64,000 nucleotides of DNA from Rozella allomycis CSF55 (taxonomy: Eukaryota): positions 431,607 through 495,606 of the forward strand of contig KE561209.1 in the NCBI GenBank assembly GCA_000442015.1, given 5' to 3'. Below are positions 58,015 through 64,000 of the stretch, piece after piece. The translations under genes and the position numbers were made by a program. Under the pieces are notes generated by a model that was given only the letters and a program-made list of their open reading frames with translations, was not told the DNA's origin and did no database searches. Each line of letters starts with the position of its first letter. Position 1 is the first letter of the stretch.

Positions 58015-59831
58015 ATGCAGCAGCAGCCAGTGATAGTTTTGAGTAAATTAGATAAATGTAGGATAATAGATACAAAAACGGAGCGAACCCAAGGACGCAG
58101 TGCGCAGAATGCGAATATAGTAGCTGGCAAGACGGTGTCTGATATCATAAGAACGTGTTTGGGGCCACGGGCGATGTTGAAGATGTTATTGGATCCTATG
58201 GGAGGGATAGTGTTGACAAATGATGGGAATGCGATATTGCGCGAGGTAGAGGTAGCGCATCCCGCAGCGAAATCAATGGTAAGGGATGATGAAGAGTGAT
58301 AAAGATTGAAATAGCGAGAACGCAGGATGAAGAGGTTGGCGATGGAACTACGCAGTGATAGTGTTGGCAGGAGAGATATTGGCGAGGAGTGCGACGTGTT
58401 TGGAGAAGAATGTGCATCCTGTGATTATAATAAAGGCGTATAAGAAGGCGTTGGAGGAGTCTTTGAAGGTTATTGAGGAGATTAGTTTGAAGGTTGATGT
58501 GAGTAAAGAAGAGGAGGTGTTGAAGGTGATTAAGAGTTGTATTGGAACCAAGTTTAGCAGTAGATGGAGTGATTTGATGTGTTCGTTGGCATTCAAGGCC
58601 GTGAAGACTGTTTCTATTGATAATGATGGGGTTAAAGAGATTGATATTAAAAGGTAAGAGTGAAGAATGGATGAGAGAATAGATATGCCAGGGTAGAGAA
58701 GATACCAGGGGGAGAAATTGAGCAGAGTGAAGTTTTGGATGGAATTATATTGAATAAAGATGTGACTCATCCAAAGATGAAGAGACGAATTGAAAACCCT
58801 AGAATTATCTTGTTGGATTGCCCATTGGAGTATAAAAAGGGAGAATCACAAACGAATTTAGAATTTTCCAAAGAAGAAGATTTTGCCAGGGTGTTACAAA
58901 TTGAAGAGGAGCAAATTAAAGAGATTTGCGAGAAGATTATTTCATTGAAGCCAGATATTGTTATAACAGAAAAGGGTGTGAGTGATTTAGCACAACATTA
59001 CTTTGTCAAGGCTAATATTACAGCGTTGAGAAGAGTTAGGAAGACAGACAATCATAGAATATCGAGGGCAGTTGGGGCAACGATTGTTAATAAAGTGGAT
59101 GATTTGAAGGAGAGTGATGTTGGAACAAAATGTGGATTGTTTTACATTGATAAGATTGGAGATGAATATTTTTCATATTTTGTTAAATGTAAAGAACCAA
59201 AAGCATGTTCAATTATTCTAAGAGGAGCTTCTAAAGATATTCTTCATGAAATTGATAGAAATTTACAAGATGCAATGGCAGTAGCCAGAAACATTGTATT
59301 CAATCCAAAACTATCACCAGGTAATGAGAAATGTTAAATATTTTAATTAGGTAATTAATTCTTTTTAAACTTAACTTCAGGTGGTGGTGCAACTGAAATG
59401 GCTCTAAGTGTGAAATTGGCTCAAAAGGCTAAAGAAATTGGTGGGATTGAACAATTCCCATTCAAAGCATTAGCTGAAGCATTTGAAGTTATTCCAAGAA
59501 CTTTAATTCAAAATTGTGGTGGAAATGTTATTCGTTTGTTAACTCTTTTAAGATCCAAACATGCTTCTAATCAAGGTTCATCATTTGGTGTTGATGGCTG
59601 TGATGGAAAGATTGTTGATATGAAAGATTATGGAAGTATTTCATTTCTCTTTCAATAATTCTAGTTTGGGAACCAAGTGCTGTTAAAATTCAAACTATTA
59701 AAACTGCTATTGAATCTGCTTGTCTTTTATTAAGAGTTGATGATATTGTTTCAGGGGTTAGCAGAAAAGATAAATCTACTCAGCCACAACAACAACCTCA
59801 ACCTGAAGAAGCTGAGCAACCAGAACGTTAA
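58015..59831 (+). CDS. CCT3: Chaperonin CCT/TRiC subunit gamma (1-nt deletion at ~58352 in this assembly)
   Basis: RTCLGPRAMLKMLLDPMGGIVLTNDGNAILRE; LNKDVTHPKMKRRIENPRI; PGGGATEMA. Confidence 0.96.
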
Positions 59832-59988
59832 TAAATTAAATTGAGGTATTAAGAGAGAGGGTTTTAAAGGGGTTGAAGGGGTTAAAATGGGTTGAGTTGA
59901 AAGGGTTAGGGTTGTATTAGGTGAGACGTGAGACGTGTGAGTACATGGATGTCAAATTAATTCAATTCAAACTAAGTCAAATCATTTT

Positions 59989-61298
59989 TTATTTATTTAA
60001 TAACTTTTCTACTCGGCTGCAAATTAGTTCAACTGATGGTAACGATCTTTCTTCATAATTCTTTGCATATGGCATTGGAATGTCTGCACCACTAATTCTC
60101 TCAACTGGACCATCCAAATAATCAAAACACTCTATATTATTCTACATGTATTCTTTAACCTTCCATTGCCATTGCACTGATCTCTGATCCAACCCCAAAA
60201 TGTGGCCATCCACCTTCAACCGTCACCAAATAGTTTGTCTTTTTAATTGACTCTCCAATAGTCTTGAAATCAATCGGTCTAATCGATCGCAAATTAATCA
60301 CCTCATCTTTAAATTCATTCTATTGTTACTTCAACACTTATTCCCTTTTCTTTCAATATTTTAGCTGCATCTATCGCTAATCCAACACTCTTTGAATGTC
60401 CAACAATCGTCACATCATTTCCTAACTAATACCCTCTATTTAATCTCTACCTGCAACTTCTACTTTGCATTTCCCTATTTCAACTACAAAATCTTCCTTT
60501 AACGCTTCTTCATCCATCTCAAATGGCACTCCATACAACAATTCATTCTCTAATACAACAACTGGATTTGGATCTCTTATTGCTGCCTACTCCATCCACA
60601 CCACATTACTCACCTTCAATAGTCCTCTAGCATCTTCACTGGAATACGGTGACACAACCTTCAATCCTGGCACCGATCCGTACCACGATGCAAAACACTG
60701 CGAATGCTGTGCTCCAACACCCGCTGCGGCTCCATTAGGCCCTCTAAACACTATAGGCACAGGCGCAACCCCTCCACTCATATACAACGTTTTCGCTGCT
60801 GAATTCACTACATGATCAATAGCCTTTATCAACCACCACCTCTCGTTACCTGCATTGAAAAATTAAACGTCATGAATTCACAAATAGGGCGCAAGCCAGC
60901 TAATGCAGCACCTCATTCACCATCTTTAACATTTTTACCTTTTCATCTAAATTCAACTATTTTACCTATTATTTCATTCTCAAAATATTACCTACTGCTA
61001 TTCCTGCAAATCCCATCTCGGTAATTGGTGTATCAATAACTCTGTTTTCGCCAAATTTATCCAATAGTCCTCTACTAACCTGTTATATTTTTTAAATATG
61101 TTTGTCTACTTTGTATGCGCCCTGGTATCTGGCTACTTCTTCGCCCATCAGAAATACTCGCGAATCACGCTTCATTTCATCTTCCATGGCACTGTTCAGA
61201 GCATCCCGCACCGTCATCTGCTATTTTTATTCTATTTAGTTTACTTTAACCTTGTCTGATAGAGTCAAAGAACGATTAAAACATCGTCTAAATAACAT
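59989..61298 (-). CDS. PDB1: Pyruvate dehydrogenase E1 beta subunit
   Basis: [60 protein letters not shown]. Confidence 0.96.
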
Positions 61299-61447
61299 TG
61301 GACCAGGGTTGTCACTAAAGCCAATATGTTTCTAGCAGTGACATTAAGATAATAAAACTAAATTGTTAAGAATCTTAAGATAAAATTAAAGAAATCAAGT
61401 TGAAGAAATCAGGTTGAACAAATCATCAAGTCATGTTGGCATGTTTA

Positions 61448-63502
61448 TTAAAAGAGTTTGATTTTATCTTTTTCGTCTTCAGACATGTCATCAAAATGAT
61501 CACGGTCTGGTGATTCTGGCTCAGCTACTACTGTCATCTGAAATTTCAAATAGGTATATTATTTACTGGAAACTCTTTCTCAAAGTCTAAACCTGCGTAT
61601 GAATCATTCTTAAGAACAACCTTGATTGGATACTTTCCTGGCGGAATGTTCAAATAAAATTGGACTTTAACCTAATTATTGAAATAAATAAATAAAAATT
61701 ACAGTCTTTGATTTCCCAACGTTGTAGAGAACTACAGGGTCACAAATTGTTCTATTTTGAATAGTAAGGAATAGCCACCAACACGAACTTTTTTCTTTCT
61801 TGTAGAATGGACAATAAACAGACTCATCTTTTGCATCATTTGTAAGAAATGATTTCAATCTGCCAGATGGAGTTTCATCATCTATCCCTGGTAAAGCTTC
61901 TGTCACATCATCAAATGAAACTGTCTCTTCTGGTGCATTTTCATCCATAATTAATTGAACAACAGCAGTAATAACAGATCCAGAATAAACATTGTCTTCG
62001 CCAAGGGTAGTGTACTTGACATTAACCTTCTTTATCACTGGGAAAGATTTCAATGCTTCCATGACCTCTTTTCTTTCTTCGCTCTTTAAATCTTTCAATA
62101 GAGTTTGCTTTGTTTCTTTTGGCAGAGAAACAAACTTTGGAATATCTAAGCCTCCTTTGGCGCCACTAATCGTCAATGACAAATCATGAGTAAGAAATGG
62201 AAGTTGCCAAAAGCTAATCGTTGGATTAGGAAGAGCTTGAATTATCATTTGCGAAACCGATATCATTGACAATAAACTCTCATGATGTCCTTTAGCCATT
62301 GCAATCTTTATCATAGTTGGAAGAAACTTTATGGATTGTTCCAGAACTTTTTGCTGCTCTTCATGAAATTTCTCTGGGACCTCAACCCTGAAAATATGCG
62401 CGTAAATTAAAGTATGAACTTTAACAGCTATAGCATTCGTGAATTTACGAGATAATTCGTAATAATATCCGTTTTTATCAGCAAATCTTTGTAAATCACT
62501 CATAAGCTTTTATATTTTAACATTATCTCTTACCTCCTTTAGTTCTTCATGATCAGGAGTAATCAACGTTTCAAATTCAGATGCGCCACTGATTGCTTCA
62601 ATAATATCACCAGGAATCATAACATCCTCAATTAAATGATAAAATGTTTTCGCGGATTTCCTGTAAACCTTCATTTTGGTGTATTTTTTCGATTTTGACC
62701 ACCATTGACCCTGGTTAACAAAACAAGTGGCTTTGTACAATTTTATAAGGCATAAAAACTGCCATCAAGATTCCATACAGAAATAAAACTTTAAATCCAT
62801 TTTCCTGAGAAACAACCCATGCTGGAAGCGCGATGCCTAAAGAAAATGCTACATCAAGAGACTGACTATCGCTTACTTTGTTGTCCATCAGGATTTCCAT
62901 ATTCTTCCCAGTTTTTACGAATATCTTCATCAGTCAATGCTTGGTAAGCCTTTGAAATTTGAATAAACTTTTCATTTGCTTCATCCTTCAAGTCATCAGA
63001 AACTTTGTCAGGATGCCTTGTCAATCAACATAACATTACGTACCATTGTTGCGACAATTTGTAAAACTTTTTCTTAATTTCAGCAGGGCTGGCAGTCTAT
63101 CTTTGAGGGACGAAAAACATTACCCTGTCAATTTCTAAAATTTTAAAGGGATCATAAAATTGATCAACTACTTCCGTTGTGTGGATCACATAATAAGAAT
63201 AGCCAGCTACTAAAATTGCAATCAAAAGTAACAAGTTCCTTTTGTTGTCGACAGGGGAGATGCTTACCAAACCCAAGTGTTCTCTTTGTTTTTACGACTT
63301 TCCAGATATCTAACTTTTCTTTGCATAGGTGGAAATTTTGAAGCCTTGCTTTTAGTGTCAACTACATTTTCTATGGTCTAAAAGTGATGGGCATACTTTT
63401 TTTAGTGCACAAGGCATAAAGGCGTTGCAAAATAAAAATCACTGATACTGTTAGAGTGAAAAACGCAAACGTTAAACCAGTTTCATCAAACGTGTACTTC
63501 AT
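61448..63502 (-). CDS. SEC63: ER translocon J-protein Sec63
   Basis: MKYTFDETG; transmembrane segments; J-domain YDPFKILEI...[23 protein letters not shown]; Brl domain. Confidence 0.92.
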
Positions 63503-63559
63503 CGAACTGTAAATTTCAGAATGATTGTCAACTTTTGAGGGATATTTCCGTTTTCAGTT

Positions 63560-64000
63560 ATGAGCTGCTTGAATCCATTGGCTATTATTGGTGCTACAGC
63601 AGTCGGAAAATCCAGCATGGCAATAAACGTAGCGAAAATAATAGGGGCTGAAATCATATCGTGTGACAGTGTCCAAGTATCATTCATAGTTTTATAAAAG
63701 ATGGTGTATAGAGATTTAACTATTGGATCTAACAGGGTTGTAAATTACGAAAATGTGCCCCATCACCTAGTAGGGTTTCTAGATCTCGATCAACAATTTT
63801 CTGCTGGTGACTTTTATCGCAGTTGTACACACTTAATAAAAGTAAAAGTTGCCCTAAAACATCACAGGAAATACAATCCAGGAACAAGGTACCTTTGATT
63901 GTTGGCGGCGCCATGTTCTACTTGAAATGGCTTTTTGAAGGCCCTCCCCCAACTCCCTTACCTACCCCGATTAAAATAAGAAAAGAAACAGAAAAATTAA
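63560..64000 (+). CDS. miaA: tRNA dimethylallyltransferase (MiaA/IPT family), runs off the window end
   Basis: IIGATAVGKS, EIISCDSVQ/VYRDLTIGS, VPHHL, FSAGDF, VPLIVGG; 2 introns. Confidence 0.88.

Overview
This is AT-rich eukaryotic DNA from a compact genome with very short (about 22-36 nt) introns. The flagellar central-pair gene SPAG17/PF6, a CEP57-like gene and fungal-type housekeeping genes point to a zoosporic early-diverging fungus (Rozella/Cryptomycota-like; this is an inference). Bases 1-~15400 are a transposon graveyard, partly stitched from short pieces joined by single Ns. It holds Ty3/Gypsy chromovirus fragments with an LTR and PPT, Ty1/Copia, non-LTR RNase H, a tyrosine recombinase, a hAT transposase and a stray mitochondrial-carrier fragment. 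Bases ~15470-64000 hold about 25 tightly packed protein genes, with exon boundaries read by eye. The most striking signal is compound introns made of 2-3 back-to-back standard-length GT...AG units with zero-length exons (PDB1, CCT3, possibly SPAG17), suggesting recursive splicing by a length-measuring spliceosome. Other leads: a Dam-methylase-like domain between RNase H and integrase of the Gypsy element; two possible GT-TG introns; ATG-proximal motifs GTGGCTTGG and ACCCTT; stop codons fused to AATAAA; a membrane-anchored GT5 glucan synthase; a CaaX/NLS coiled-coil protein; and a formin with an unusual N-terminus.
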